From contig WELB01000025.1 in the NCBI GenBank assembly GCA_009602725.1, positions 515,276 to 565,764 of the forward strand: 50,489 nucleotides of DNA, given 5' to 3'. The notes under the pieces were generated by a model, which was not told where the DNA came from, made no database searches, and was given only the letters and a program-made list of their open reading frames with translations. The position numbers were made by a program, and so were the translations under genes. This DNA is from Spirogloea muscicola. Lineage: Eukaryota. Below, in pieces: positions 36,828 through 50,489 of the stretch; the first letter of the stretch is position 1; every line of letters begins with the position of its first letter.

Positions 36828-38714
36828 TATATCACTTCGTGGTAATGTCACCAGATATGATAACGCAATACCTGCTCAACTTTAGCCTGCACTTTGAGCA
36901 CATAAAGACACAGGGATATAGCGTGTTTGATTGTTATCTCATGGGTTGCAGCTTGGTGCAAGCTGAAGGCCTAGCTGGAGGTACAGGGACGCATTCTGCG
37001 CAACATTTGACTGCAAGCTCGTTGACCGATTCGCCTAGTGTAGTCAATTCGTAGTCGATGACTGATAACTGTTGGCTAAGCAGGCCAACAGATAGTAAAT
37101 GCTCAAAGCTGACACGAAAGTCACTGCTGAGCATTGCAAGCTGAGGTGCATGCTGCTCGTGCATCTTGAACTTGGACAGGTAGGCGCTCAAAAAGAAGGG
37201 CTGCTGATTGGTTAGCTTGGCATCACTGGAAATTTGACTGCCTGAGGTACTAACTTCAGGCAGGTCAAATAGATACCTGCCTAGCGGTGGCCGTGGCATC
37301 CATGCCTAATTGATGCAATCTGGAGCTTTTGATACATGTTAGGAGGTCGGTAGCCAAGCATGAAGAGGCAATGCGCAGATTAGAAGCCCTTTACTTCGGT
37401 ATAGGGATGTGGCTTCACTTAAGGATAGGGATGTGGCTTCGCGGGTCCCAAAGGCCAGCCTAACAGGCCCCTGGGCAACATGTGGGTGTGAAACTGTCCT
37501 TGTCTCGATCCTCTGGATCTGCATTACGACAGAGCGGGTGGCCGCGAGCAGCGGTCAACGATCGGGAGGACCACTGTCATTTCGGCACACTAGGAGGCAC
37601 GCCAGATTTGAGGCTTGTCAAATCAAAGGTCGAGCCAAGGAAGAGGGGAAAGCCACGCAGAGGGTCTCCTGCTGTTTAAGAATCTGGTCAGAGATTGGGT
37701 CAGTACCCATGCTCAGTGCTCAGTAATTCTACGCGTCCCATCTGGAGCTTGGAGCATGTTGGCCCGAGCAACACCTGGAGCACGTACTTCGCCAGAAATT
37801 TTTGCAAAATTGCGGTGAAGATGATCAGCGCAGGTGTGGCAGTGTGCCTGGTGACAAGTGCGCGGTAGTGATGGATAAAAGTGTCCTGCCATTGAGTATC
37901 TTTTGTTTTTCCTTTTAATTTTCATACCGCAGAGGTATACGAGAACCTATAGACTACAGCGCAGAATAGTAAGGACTTACCGATGGTCTAGTAGGCTAGG
38001 ACGAAAGCTGCCACCCAGGACAATGTCTGTGACAGGGAAGACACCGCCACACAGTCAGGTGAGCGTCTTATGCACCAGATTTGCTGGTACTGGCAAAGTG
38101 TAGTCACCTGGCAAAGCGTAGCGCTCTATCATAAGCATCTGTACCGCCCACTGATGGAGTAAGCGTGTTCACATATGACGTCAATAGGGTCGACTAGGAC
38201 GTGATTGGCCCAAGAGCGACAGCATTGTCATGGTGGAACTAGATGAGTAATGGGGGCAAACATGGTACTGGCACAGGCCAGGACCAGGACAGGGCGTCTA
38301 CTTGCGTGTTGGTGCCAATGTGGTCGCTCGTTCACGTCAACGTGCTCCAGGGAGTCCCTGCTGATTTGCAACAGTGTCTGGCCCTCTATGACAATATCAG
38401 CGGCGAAGTTTTGCCTCTCGATAGCTTCTATCTTCAGCCGCTCAGAGGGCAGGTCCGCCGCCGCCACCGACTTCTCACAGGGCCTCAGGGGCCCACAGCT
38501 TCACCAAAAAGGTGAGCCGGTGTCATAAGATGGCGCAGTGGAACATCTGCCGTGATGGCAGCATGGGGCCGTGTCGTTAGTCACGCTGTGTTCTGCCATC
38601 CATGCATGAACATTACAGACGATCTGCCCTGGAGAAAAACGGCACGCGGTGCGCGTGAGAACGAAATGGAGGCCGATTTGAGCCTTACAAAGTCCTGGTA
38701 ATGGGCAATAAAAA

Positions 38715-38770
38715 CGAAGGACGCTTCCAGGAGAGGGCGGCAGCTGTGAGAGGCCAGCCCAGAAAGGCGA
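38715..38770 (-). mobile_element. Solo retrotransposon 3' motif
   Basis: GAAGGACGCTTCCAGGAGAGGGCGGCAGCTGTGAGAGGCCAGCCCAGAA resembles 7276-7325. Confidence 0.55.
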
Positions 38771-39517
38771 TAAGTCTGCTAAGGGGTCCTCTAGTGCCAA
38801 CGAGCGAGCAGATACATATCCATTGCCCAATAAGCCCTGCAGTGACGGGTCTAAGCCGCTATAGCCGGCGCCACATCCGAAGAACGAGAGAGCAAGAGGA
38901 TGTAGGAGCGCGATTTGCATGAGGTGAAAGGAAGGCCAAATTCCAGCAGCAAACGGGCAGCAGGCAGAAGCGGAAGCCAGTGCAACTGACGGGGCTACAC
39001 AGAGCGAAGCCCCATGCTACTAAGGTGCCGATTCACACCGGGTCGTCGGTCGCAAATTGGCCCTCGTATTGGCCTCAATCTGGCAAGGGTTTTGAATTCA
39101 GACATCCATACAACGCGCGACACGTAACCCTCGGCCGCGACCGACCGACTCAGTGTGAAACGGCTCTAAGTAGGGCTAAGTCAATGTCACAAAGTAAAAG
39201 CTTTCTTGAATTGTTTCCTGCGGGTGCGCACGAGTGAGAAGTCGAGTCATTACTCTGTTCATCAGATGATTGTCCGGAAATGCCAGGGGAGCCCCCGGGG
39301 GGGGGTCCCCTAGGCTTCTCTGGGTCCCCTAGGTCCCTCGGCCCCTAGGCCCCTCGCCGCCCACGGGAGCCCCGTGGGCCAAGCGGGCCCCACCTGGCGC
39401 CGCCGACTGGGAGCCCCCGCGGGGTCCATGTGGGCAATCGCATACCTGCAAGCGCCACAATGCCGCGGGGAGCTGCGTAACGGTTGAGCCGCAGGCACAA
39501 CCACCGTAATACCAGAA

Positions 39518-39580
39518 TGGACATTGTTTTTGGGCTGGCTTTGCCAGCCCTTCTTCTCTATGGGCGAGCACTTTCTTCGA
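39518..39580 (+). mobile_element. Solo retrotransposon 3' motif
   Basis: TTTTGGGCTGGCTTTGCCAGCCCTTCTTCTCTATGGGCGAGCACTTTCTTC belongs to the same subfamily as 30150-30210. Confidence 0.75.
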
Positions 39581-40506
39581 TACCAGGTCGAGCACGCGCT
39601 TAGCGGCGAACTCCACAAGTCGCCGGCTCGTCCACAACCCAATGGCCGCCACCGGACGGCGTCAATGCAGCCCTCACTGGAGGCACCCTGACCGGATTGC
39701 GCCTCGCCGGAGGCCCAAGGCCTGCCCGGGGGAGGGGGGCCCAGCCACCATCAGCCGCGTTCACGCGGCGACGGCGCCTTCGAGGAAAGGGGAACGGGAC
39801 CCCCGCGCCGTCGCATCGGCCGGCCCCGATCGGACGGCGGCGCGGCCGCTTCACCAGCGGGGTCTTGCGGGCCCCGCGAGAGGAGAGGGCGGGAGGGGAA
39901 GCGGCGGGCTTCTCCCCTCCCCTCCCGCCCTCGCCTTCGAGCGCGTTCCTCACATAAGTCGCCGGAGCGGACCCGGGGGAGGGCGGGGCGGGTCTCCCTT
40001 CCCTCCCCTCCCTCCTCCCCCTCCTCCCCATGCCGCTCCGTGTTTCTCCGGGCTCTTTCCATTGCAGACATTGCCAGCCCAAGAGCGCCGCCGTCGCCGC
40101 CGCCTCCGCCGCGCTCCGCCAAGGTCAGGCTTAGCCCTGGCCGTCGCTCTCAACCTCTCATGACCGGTCGCGTCGCTGAGCCGATCGCCGGGCTGGTTCT
40201 TCAGTACGGCGTCCCGCCGAGTCATGTCGGTCTGCGGAGTAGTCTTAGTCAATGACCCGTGCTCCTCGCGGTCACATTGCATCGTCCGGCGACGCGGTAT
40301 GTCCATTGCGCCGGCTCCCCGGCGCTGTGGTGCATGGCCTGACTGCGTGGTACGGTGTTGTGGCAGATGTATAACTCGATATTATAACACCGGCTCCCTC
40401 TTGGGGGAAGCTGAGGGCCCCCGGAAGTCAATCGCAAAATCTCACACAGGAAGTACATCTGTGAACGGCCGGCGGCAATCACGCACCTGCCTTTGCAGCT
40501 GCCAGG

Positions 40507-43500
40507 ATGGGGGACGTTGAGAAGCAAAAGTCTGTCATCGAGAAATTCGCCAAGAACCGGCCACTGTCACGCAGCGGCAGGGACTCGCTGGAGAGGGTTA
40601 TGAGGACGAGCAACCAAGCTAGCACTGCTACGCAGGTCTGATGCCCTGTCCTAGCGGTACAACGAGCTTATCTTCACCAGTGCACTCGGGGATATTAGAC
40701 TGCGCCACCTGCGCTATGGGGACTGGCATCTTCTGTCACATGTACACACAGAGTGCATCTGTCAGTCATCTGAGTAGGAAGTGCTCTCTCTTATGCATGT
40801 CCTCACATCTTTGGACTTTATTTCAAATTTGACAGTGGTGTTTAGTGGCCTGTCTATTCCACTGCAGACCTTGTCTTGGGCAGCAACTCTTCTCCTGGCC
40901 TATCAGACAACTGGTAAGGGCGTCTCATATCCGCCTATCCGCATCACTCTCTATCAATGCCTCACTTGGTCACATCTTTGCTAGATTGACTCACTACATA
41001 GTGCCTATGCTCTTGAGTTCACTTGTTTACTCAGATGAGAGATCTAGAGAGAGGAACTTATAGGAACTTAATATCAGGGACTCATAATACTAGCAATAGT
41101 ACAGTATAGTATAGTAATGGTAATAGGAACTAATTTTGTCTGCTGCTTGATTGAAGGTGTGGTATATGGAGACATTGGCACCAGTCCTCTCTACGTGTAT
41201 GCCACAGCGTTCTCAGATGGCCTGGATTATCCCGGGTACAAGAAGGATCTGATTGGCGCGACATCCATCATCATCTGGAGCCTGACATTGAGCCCTTTAG
41301 TGAAGTATTTGCTGGTTGTCCTGTACTGCAATGATAATGGAGAAGGTCAGCTGCAGACGATTACTCCAGCTGTGCACTATCTGGCCATCTGAGCAGTCAT
41401 GCATGGTAGTCCCATATACATTTGACAGATACATATGTTGATGCGTAGGCAAGCTTACAGTCCTCCAAAGAGTCTTAGCCCTTCAGTTGGTATCTTGAGG
41501 AAGAATTTGTTACTTCTCTATCAGGTGGCACGTTTGCTCTTTACTCTGTCATGTGCCGTCATCTGAGGATCAGCAAACTGCCTACAAAACAGCGGGATGA
41601 TCAGAATCTATCGAAGTACAGCATTGAAAGTTCTCGAAGGAGGTGAGAGCCTGCTGTAATTAAAATCCGTGGTTACCAGGTGTTGAAGAATTGATAAAAA
41701 TCGCAAGTGGTGCTACTCTGCTGTTACTGTTAGACATTCAAGCATGCTGTGAGGGATTTTTTGCACTGCGTGTATTTGTGAAAAAATTCAGTCAATTAAG
41801 TGCTGTAATTGCAAGAACATTGAGGACCGAAGGTCAGCTGAGGACAATTAATCTTGCACCCTGATTGTACAGCACAAAAGTGGGAGATGCGCTGAAAAGT
41901 GTCCTGGAGAACTCAAAGTGGACGCACAGTGTCATTCTCATCATTGTGCTGACTGCCACAAGCATGGTGATTGGCGACGGAGTCCTCACTCCAGCACAGT
42001 CAGGTCAGCACATTCCTTGTCATGCTGGAAACCCTTTCCTTTCAGCCTGATGATGAAGTGCACCTCTTCTCCCCTGAGATCTTATGCTGATAGTCTGCTG
42101 ATCTAAATTTTGCAGTACTCTCGGCAATTGGAGGCATCCAAGTGTCAGATCCGAGCTTGAGCCAGGGTCAGGCAGCAATATCATGTGCCCTGAAACTATT
42201 GTGGACTTCATCATCAGGCAGCTCAGACTTTCACAATGGCATCCCTCACTGTGTGTGACATATTCCTCGCAGTAAATTTGATCTTGAATTTCCTTCACAT
42301 GCCGATGCAGATGTTGTCATTGGGGTCACCTGTGCCGTCCTTGTCATCCTCTTCGTGGGCCAGAAGTATGGCACATCAAAAGTTGGATTTACCTTTGCGC
42401 CCATTTGTGTGGTGTGGTTTGTGGTCATATTCATCCTTGGCATCTATAATCTCTCTCACTACAATGGCTGGGGGATCTGCAGGGTGAGTTGCCATTGTAT
42501 TGGCTTGTAGATACTTTCTTGAGCAGCTATACATGCAGTCCTACTGCCTGTGTGGATGTGCTTCTACCTGTTCTATGCCTGATCTGCTCGCTGCCATATT
42601 TGGTGCAGTCCTTCTCACCTCACTATGGTATTCAGTTTCTAATTGAGAATAAGAAGCAAGGGTGGGTACAGCTGGGAGGACTGTTTCTTACCATTACAGG
42701 TACACTACGCATTCATTCAGAAATTCGAAGCATAATGTCAGCAGTAACTGGGGTCCTATTATTGCTTGCAATTTTTATTGCAAGCTTGCTACTGAAGTTT
42801 ATCGCATCTTACCGCTGTATGCTTATGTTACATCTGCAGGAACTGAAGCTATGTTTGCTGACCTCGGCCACTTCAGCCCAGCTGCTATCCAGGTCATTCA
42901 ACAAACCTCACTACTTGCATGTCAAATTGTGAATGATGTGAATCCACAAGGATTGGTGACGTTGTACGGCATGCACTGTGTGCTGACATCATTCTGATGA
43001 CTAAGTGTTGCCTCATCCTTGTGATGTAGATTGCATTTAGTTTCTTCGTGTATCCATGCCTACTTGTACAGTACCTGGGACAAGCTGCATATCTGACAGA
43101 GCATCCAGAGCATGTGTCTCAGACTTTCTATAAATCAATCCCATGTAAATATCCCTTTACTTTGTGAGAGTCCCATAGGAAGAACCTGTTGGTACAATCC
43201 ACAGACTTGCTGTAATCTGGGATTGGCCTTTAAAATGTATTGCTGTCAATGTATCTCCCTAAAACGAAGTTACTGAGAGGTCAAAGAGGCACGAAGGTGT
43301 CTTCTTCAGAGTTGGACAACCCTCCTGACTCTTGACGTATCAATGCAGCTCCTGTGTACTGGCCAGTCTTCGTTGTTGCAACTGCTGCTGCAGCTATTGC
43401 GAGCCAAGCCATGATTACAGCAAGCTATTCCATTGTGAATCAATCTATGGCTCTTGGTTGCTTTCCTCGGGTCAAAGTGCAGCACACCTCTGACAAGATC

Positions 43501-45765
43501 AAAGGCCAAATATATATTCCTGAGGTTGGCTCTCATATGTCAAACACATGGAAGTGACGTCCGTATGGCATTGATCCCTAAATACATTCAAATGGCTGGA
43601 TAGCCTGGCCCATGTTCCTTACCCTTTCCAAATCTTTCCTCAGAGCTCCTGACGATTGTTGCTTCCTTCGCGCAGTTGAATTGGCTGCTAATGATCGTTT
43701 GTATAATAGTTGTGGTGGGACTGAGGAATACCACCAATATTGGCCATGCTTATGGTATGGCACCTGCATAATTGATGTTAGAAGGACTCCACAACAGTTC
43801 GTTGTCAGTTCAATTCTTGTCATTCTTGAGGCAAGCGGCTTCGTGCTTGAAGTTGGTCGCTCTTGTCAGCTTGTGTGACCTTATGCTCCTAATGCAGTCT
43901 GCCCTGGCCGTTTGTAGGCATTGCTGTCTGCTCTGTCATGGTGATCACAACAATCTTGGTGACCATCATCCACGTGACCATCAAACGGTCTAGCATCCTC
44001 TTTTGGCTGCCATTCTTCGTCTTCTTTTTTGCATTCGAGGGAGTGTACTTGTCCTCCAATCTATACAAGTTCCCCTCATATGGTTGGGTTCCTGTTGCAA
44101 TCACTGGAGGTCAGTATATTTGTATTTTTGTATCGATTGAAGGTATTACAAGTTCAGGTTGCATATCTTGCTTGTGCCGTAAAGTAAAGTGCAAGGCGCT
44201 CGATGATTTTGCGGCTGTCTGAGCTGGTTATGCTGTCTGCAGTATCTGACTGCGGAATCTGATACACATCTTGAATGTCCTCAGTCTTCCTCTTGATCAT
44301 GTACGTCTGGCACTATGGAACTCTCAAGAAGTACGAATTCAATCTTGAGAACAAGCTTTCGCTTGGGTGGGTGCTATCCATGGCCAATGCCAAGCAAGTC
44401 ATCCGTGTACCAGGTAAGCAAGGAAGAATTAACAGTTCAAAAATTTGCAGAGTGAGAACAAGCTATTTACCGTGACTCGTGAGCCTGTCCACTCATTTCT
44501 ATTTGACTGCGATAGAGCATGCCTCTATTTCCCATGCCTAATTACCGCCACTTGTGCAGGTGTCGGCATTTTCTACAGTGAGCTCATCACAGGCATACCT
44601 GCCATCTTCTCACACTTCATTGCAAGCATGCCAGCCATTCACGAGGTGGTTGTCTTCCTTGCTGTAAAGCACGTTGAAGTCCCGTATGTGGACCAGGCAG
44701 AAAGATTTTATATTCGCAGGCTTGGGCCCCGCAAGTCGCGAATGTTCCGCTGTGTTGTCAGGTACATATGTCCACTCTCCATGGAATTTCACACATCTGC
44801 AGCTCCACCTGCGAGCACTACTGAGTTGTCCTTGCACTTTGCTTCTGAGTATTCTTTCAATCTCGAGCATTGATAATCTGGTAGTCTTCTGCAGGTATGG
44901 CTATGCAGACATTGGAAGGAAGGAGCAGTCAAGCATGGTAGACGGCTTGTTTGACGCATTACGCATGTACATCCAGACAGAGGACTTCAGACAGGAAACT
45001 GTTGTCACATCCAACGAAACTTCCCCAGACGCACAACCCATGGTTGATGTCGACATCAGTGCAGTGAGCAATTTTGCTGACCTCTCTTGACAGCTCTATG
45101 TAACATGCACTCTCTCCCAATCTCATGCATCCATTGCACCTTTACATTCCAGAAATTTCTATCAGCAGAGTTTCTGAAGTTTCTTGTGGCTGATTGTATG
45201 GTGCAGCTGAAGCCTGATACATCTGTGTCTCTGACGTCGGTGAAGACAATAAGCGATGTTGCAGCAACATCGCAGCAGGCAACTACTAGTCAACCAAGGA
45301 CCACTGTGAAGGGCTCTGTGATAGAATGTGAAGGCCAGGAGGACTACAAGGTGCTGCAGCAGCACGAGTTGGAGTTCCTGCAGACTGCTCGCGAGATGGG
45401 TGTTGTCCACCTCGTTGGCCGCTCCCACATGCGAGCCAGGTCACTTTCTCCTTCCTCCTTGATTGCACGACTACCGTTTTTCTATTCCACAATGAACGTG
45501 GATCGTGCTCATGCTTGCTAAGACAGGCATCCTGGCTCGTGGTGATGTACATAGTACTGGACTCCTATCCTTATTTCTGGACCCTATCCTTATGATGCAA
45601 TGCTGCTATATTGTCATCGTCTGCAGGAGCGGCTCCAGCCTCGTCAAGCGCATAATGGTCAACTATGGCTATGTCTTTCTGCGCCAGAATTCCCGGGAGA
45701 GCACCAGTGTCCTTAATATCCCGTCAGACAGCCTGCTAGAGGTTGGCATGATCATTGACATCTGA
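40507..45765 (+). CDS. KUP/HAK/KT potassium transporter, copy 2 (multi-exon)
   Basis: Exon 1 40507-40635 ([13 protein letters not shown]), [63 protein letters not shown]...[32 protein letters not shown] and FLRQNSR...[10 protein letters not shown] (45765). Confidence 0.93.
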
Positions 45766-46421
45766 ATTTATCGAGAAATTTTGAGAGTTGCGAATATGCG
45801 GTTGGTTGGGGTACTGCGTAGTCCTTGCCCCAGCTTTCCCTTTTTGCGAATATAGTCTGGGGCGTTTTTCTACGGATTGTATTAGCACACAGATTGTATT
45901 AAGCTTGTTTGATTGCTTTCATGACAATTCATGGTTCTCTATTACCCAGTACCTGTGTTGCTAAGAAAGACAGACTACCTGAAGTCCACATCTTTTTCTT
46001 ACTGCAAAGTAGTATCTTGCTTACATTGGCCAAAGCTTCTGAATGCACTGTAAGTACTGATAGCAAGACTCCGTTTTCAGTCTATGAAATGTGGTGGTCA
46101 AGGAGAGGAGCCTGGCTATTGAGATGTTGAGTTGCACTGTACACTGCACTGACAACCAAGCAAGTTCTGAAAAGGTTGAAAAAGTTCCAGCCGTGGAACG
46201 CATTTTCACAGTCATGTTGTTGCTGCTGCATTTAAGTGGCCTTAATGAGCCAAGGACAACTTTGCAACCTTGCAGCGAAACGGTGTCCTACATACCATGG
46301 CAAGTCAATCCTCGCAACCAGATCCTCTGTTCCAGAAATACTGCCAAATCCACGAGGCGGCAGGTGGGTGTTTCGCCTGCACCAGTTCCCTACATGCTAA
46401 ATTCTATGCTATGGTGGAGCT

Positions 46422-48614
46422 CTACTTTGCAGTCTCTATCCTTGCAATTAAGATTGCAGCTAGACCAAAATATGGCACACACCCTACTCGCCTCCATATT
46501 CGCTGATCCTCTGCCGTCGGCAGCAATTCACTGAAGTCCAACACGATCCAGGCCTGGAAAAGGCCGTAAAGAACCAGATCCCACATGAAGGCATACGCAA
46601 TCCGGTCTGTCGTAAGATACTCCAGAAAGTATGACAGTCTCTCGGCGGGCCCTCCAAATTGCTCTGAGGACCGGAGGAATAAAGCCCAGGTGACAGAGAC
46701 TATGCCAATAACTCCTCCTACAAGGCCGATTGTCGTAGACTGCGAGGCTACTGCTTGGCCGAGTTCGACAAGCGGTGATGAACTCTCGGACTGGCTTGGA
46801 GGCTCAGGTTTGTTGAGCCTCAGTGCCATGTATGGAATGAGGAACACTGCAAAAAAGTCAAGTACAGCCATTGTCATTTGAAGGCACGTACATGTGGGGA
46901 AATATTTAGCTTCTGCAATTGTCAACATTAGACAGGCTACTTGCAGCGTCATTGATAACTTAGACTCTGCACAAGCTGCAGGCGAGGGGCTAGCGCAAGA
47001 GCCTGCGTGGTGTAGGCATCATACGGTTTGTGAGGAACATCTGGCCGATCCACAGGGACTGCGCTAGACCTCTTGATGCCCCTCCCTGCTTGTCCTTGAA
47101 GATCAGCGGCCCAAACATGAGGCTCCAAGCATTCACAAAGTTGAAGAGGCCCTCATCAACCTGCAGAGAGAAAATGCAGCACATTTGGATTGGTTTAGCT
47201 GCCAGGCCACCTCATCTCCTTCTTCTGAAACATTTGTCCTACAACGAGACACGCAATGGGATGCACAGTTGCTCGGAACATGACATACCAACACTGCCCC
47301 CATTTACACAGGTCTCCAGAAGATTAGTGTATTCCGGTTGCTCGTCAATTGTAAGCCAGCCAAACAAGACGGATGCTCTGACTCGCTTCAGTACAAAGCA
47401 AGCCACCGGCCTTGGCACCCGCGCGTCCACAGCAGCAAGTGCCTTGCTGCAGTGAAGCCAGGCTAGAGCGTTCGAGCGTGAATGAAGGACGCACCGGATG
47501 AAGAACGGGAGCCTCCAGGGCGTGCAAGCCCACTGCGACAGGCCGAAATGGCTGATCAAACACGTGCCATTATTCCTTGCCTACGAGCAGGTAATCAGGT
47601 CAAAGTCTGCCTCGAAGGAACGGGCCAAAGTGAGCTGTTGCCGACATACAGTGGGCTTGCTACATGCAACTCACCCCAGTTGGCAGCCGGGAGGACAAAG
47701 AAGAAATTGAGCGAGAGGCCCTTGAGGCTGTCGATCGTCTCGGGCGTCGTGGCCCATGCGGGGTTGCCCTGCAAGTGGGGGGCTGCGACTGGGCCTCAGG
47801 TGGGCCGCCGAAGACTCAGCATGGAGGCCTCTTGCAGCACTCCCGTCCAACGATACAAGAATGTGAGGTTTGATACTGCCGCCTGAGACTTGTGGGCAGT
47901 GGTGCAGGTGCACTGAACTGGCGCATACGGAAGGACAAGGAGCCAGAGCGTGTAGATGCCAAGCAGCGCCCACAGCCCAGCTTGTACTGCGGGCGCTGGC
48001 AACCAAGGCCGCGGCGGCAGTCCGCTGTGGAGCTCGTCCTTGGGAACGGGATCCTGAGGAAATGACAAGGACTTGCTCACAGCAGGTTGATGTGTTCCAC
48101 TAATGGAGGACTTGTCCAAGTACCTCGTCATTACCTTAAGGTTTGCAGAGCACCTCACGAGTTGCAGAGCACAGAGTACTCAGCCTTAGGAATAAGTACA
48201 GTGCAGGAACAATAATCACTTTAGCAACGAAAGCTGCACAAAATGGCAAGCTGCAGGACAGCACGCTGGCTCTCGGCGGCCGGGCATGGCGCTGCAGCGC
48301 CAAGGACAGCCCACCTGCTGGCCAGCGCGGCGGAGGACCAGACGCCTCCGCGACTGCCCGGCCTCCGCCGGCGTCCTCGTGCGAGAAGGTGGCAGGGCTA
48401 GCACTCTGTGGCACTGTTGAAGGTGCGCGATGGCGGCGCCAGCGCCCATGGCGCCGGCGACGGCGCTCGCCTTCTCACGGCGCCGCTGCTGCCGGCTAAG
48501 TCGTGGCGGCAGTGCCACGGCGAACTGGGTCCTGCTGCAGCTTCCCCTAAGCCGCAGCAGCGGCGGTGGCGGCTGCGCCGACAACATGCGCTCCATGGTG
48601 GCTATGCTGGCCAT
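46422..48614 (-). CDS. Conserved uncharacterised multi-pass membrane protein with predicted plastid transit peptide
   Basis: Exons splice to give ...LWALLGIYTLWLLVLPYAP|GNPAWATTPETIDSLKGLSLNFFFVLP...|VGLHALEAPVLHP|VDEGLFNFVNAWSLMFGPL...QMFLTN|FLIPYMALRLN...AYAFMWDLVLYGLFQAW...PYFGL. This resembles a remembered uncharacterised land-plant family; the N-terminus is R/S/A-rich. Confidence 0.75.
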
Positions 48615-49409
48615 GCTGGGGCATGCCCAGCACCCTCGGCCGCACTAGCTCAACAACGAGGGATGGAACCCATATCCTCCCACCACAATGTAGAAGCCAT
48701 GGTGCTGCGCACGCAGACCTTGCGAGGTGATGGTGGTGGCTGCGGCAGGTGCTGCACTGACTCGAATGGGTACATCTGCCCCTCAGACACAATGACATCT
48801 GCACCAGGCTCCACAGCAGGCAGGAAAGGCCTCAACGCCTCGCGAGAATGACCGCAGCTTCACAGCGTCGCGCTCGCCAGCACCCTCGAGCTCTCAGGAC
48901 AGCTCTTCTGACCATGATTGCGGCGCGCGTGACAACCGACTCCTACAATTTGGTCATACACAGGCGATCGGAAGAGACTGTCGGCAACATGCAGCGGTGC
49001 AGTCGCTGAGGCAGGGCCGAGCTGGGGTGCGCAGCTTCTGCTTGCTCAAGGAGCGCAGAGCGCAGTGAGTGAGTTGCGTCGTGGCCTTGGCGCCAGACTG
49101 ACCGACGCAGTTGTGCAGCTGCCATCATGCGGACAGCCGCCGTTGCCACTGCAGCAAGACTCGAGCTCGACCGGACATGGGCAACGTACTGGAGCACCCC
49201 GCAGCCAGCCTGCCCAAGCAGAGCCGAGCCGCAGCCAACGACGGGGCCACCCCGGGCTGGCTCTGACATTAAGCCAGAGTTCCACGCTCGAACCCAGCTG
49301 GTGCCCGCACAATCGCGTCAGCACACGGCTGCCGCTGATGGTGCTGCCGTCTGGCGACAACGTCCGCGCTCCAGCCGCAGCGGCGCTCCTTGGCGACCTC
49401 TGCATCTCC

Positions 49410-50347
49410 TTACCTCCCATACTTTTGGAATTCCCACTCGCTGTTATCTGCGCCCAAGAGGAGCAGCACCGCGAGCAATGGGAGCCGTCAGCCGCTGGTT
49501 GTCATAGTCGGTTGGACTGAGCCCGAGTCCAAGAGATGGTTAGGACTAATTTGGTCGTGTATTCTGTTTACTTTTCTTCCAAGACCTCTCTTTTCAAGAG
49601 AGACCATGAAGCTGGTAGCATGGATCTATATCTTTCTTGGTTGTTATCTATTGGAAAGAATTATACTTTATAAGACTTTCAGCTTACCGGTGGTGTTAGA
49701 CAATAGGAGAGCATTGTCCGAAAGCAAGATGGCGAGCCGGCACGATGGCAATATAGCAAGACGGCAAGACGGCAAGAGGGGCAGTAGCGGCTCTGCCAGT
49801 TGGCACAGCAGTGGTGGTGCTCACCGAGCGGGCAGACCTGCCGCGTCTTGAGCCACCGCGAGATGCAGTGGAAGTGGAACGCGTGGTTGCACACGCCTGC
49901 GCAGACGGCCGCAGCGACAGTGAGCTGCCGCTGCTGCTGGTGCCTAAGAGACTGCAGATCGCAGCATTGACCGGGCCGAGGAGCTGCTGGCACCCCATCC
50001 TGAAGGAAGGCTGGTGGAGGTGGGAGGGAGGGGGGAGAGGACGGGAGGAGGGAGGGAGGAGGGAGGGACAGGGCCCGGGAAGCTCGCTCACCCCACGCGA
50101 CCGTGCACTCCTCGCTCGTGGCGCTTGCCTGGTTGGCCTGGCACTCGATGCCTGCCGCCAGAATGATCAGTCACGCCGAGCTTGCATCAGGAAAGTGAGG
50201 GCTGTGCTCGTGAAAGAAGAAGTTGGGCGGGCAGTACCAAACCAGTCGCCGCGGCATGGGGAGAGAGAGAGGGTTCAGGACCGGCGGGGCGCTCACAGAG
50301 GTCCATGATGTGGTTGCGACAGATGGCGCAGTTGTCCACCACGATGT
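49410..50347 (-). CDS. RBX1: RING-box protein 1 (partial; 5' exons lie beyond the window end)
   Basis: Four exons read [73 protein letters not shown] (TAA 49410-49412). Confidence 0.96.
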
Positions 50348-50489
50348 CTGCAAGCCGCCATACAACGCGGTTGCAGCTGTCAGTATGCTGCTTTGGTGGC
50401 AGCGCGGCAGGGAGCTCCGTAGTGCCCAGCTAGGAGGAGGAGGGTTGGTGTGGGGGGTCAGGGCGAGAGGGAGGGGAGAGAGGGGAGGG

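Noticed and set aside
38240..38330. DIRS-like RNase H/methylase motif (VDALSWSWP...PPLLI) on the minus strand
   Set aside because: A short match in a frame with stops; no RT or tyrosine recombinase nearby.
39600..40306. Overlapping GC-rich ORFs upstream of KUP copy 2
   Set aside because: Low-complexity promoter/5' UTR sequence with no recognisable domain.
48645..48710. tRNA-His-like sequence on the minus strand (TTGTGG...GGTTCCATCCC)
   Set aside because: Anticodon and T stems pair poorly and there is no D arm or acceptor stem.

Overview
Eukaryotic, intron-rich nuclear DNA from a green plant. A CRIB-RhoGAP, a PAA1-type ATPase, KUP/HAK transporters and At1g67190/At1g67340-like F-box genes, together with very GC-rich gene starts, suggest a streptophyte alga or basal plant (inference). 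Nine spliced genes can be read: C45-type peptidase (exon 1 only), F-box/LRR, F-box/Sel1-like/MYND, RopGAP with a very long acidic tail, chloroplast Cu-ATPase PAA1/HMA6, two tandem KUP/HAK K+ transporters, a conserved plastid-type membrane protein and RBX1 (partial). Three intergenic islands (~5965-7549, ~11490-14660, ~26560-30510) are built almost entirely from 5'-truncated ends of restriction-like-endonuclease (CRE-like) non-LTR retrotransposons. These belong to five or six diverged subfamilies, all end in LL(T/S)RGY* or a one-residue variant, share one structured 3' motif (about 30 copies by eye), end in CT-rich tails rather than poly(A), and are stacked into one another. This is the most unusual system in the window. 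Three N-gaps and a probably artefactual poly-T run are present. Exon boundaries were derived by hand from GT/AG signals and remembered homology; no database search was run.
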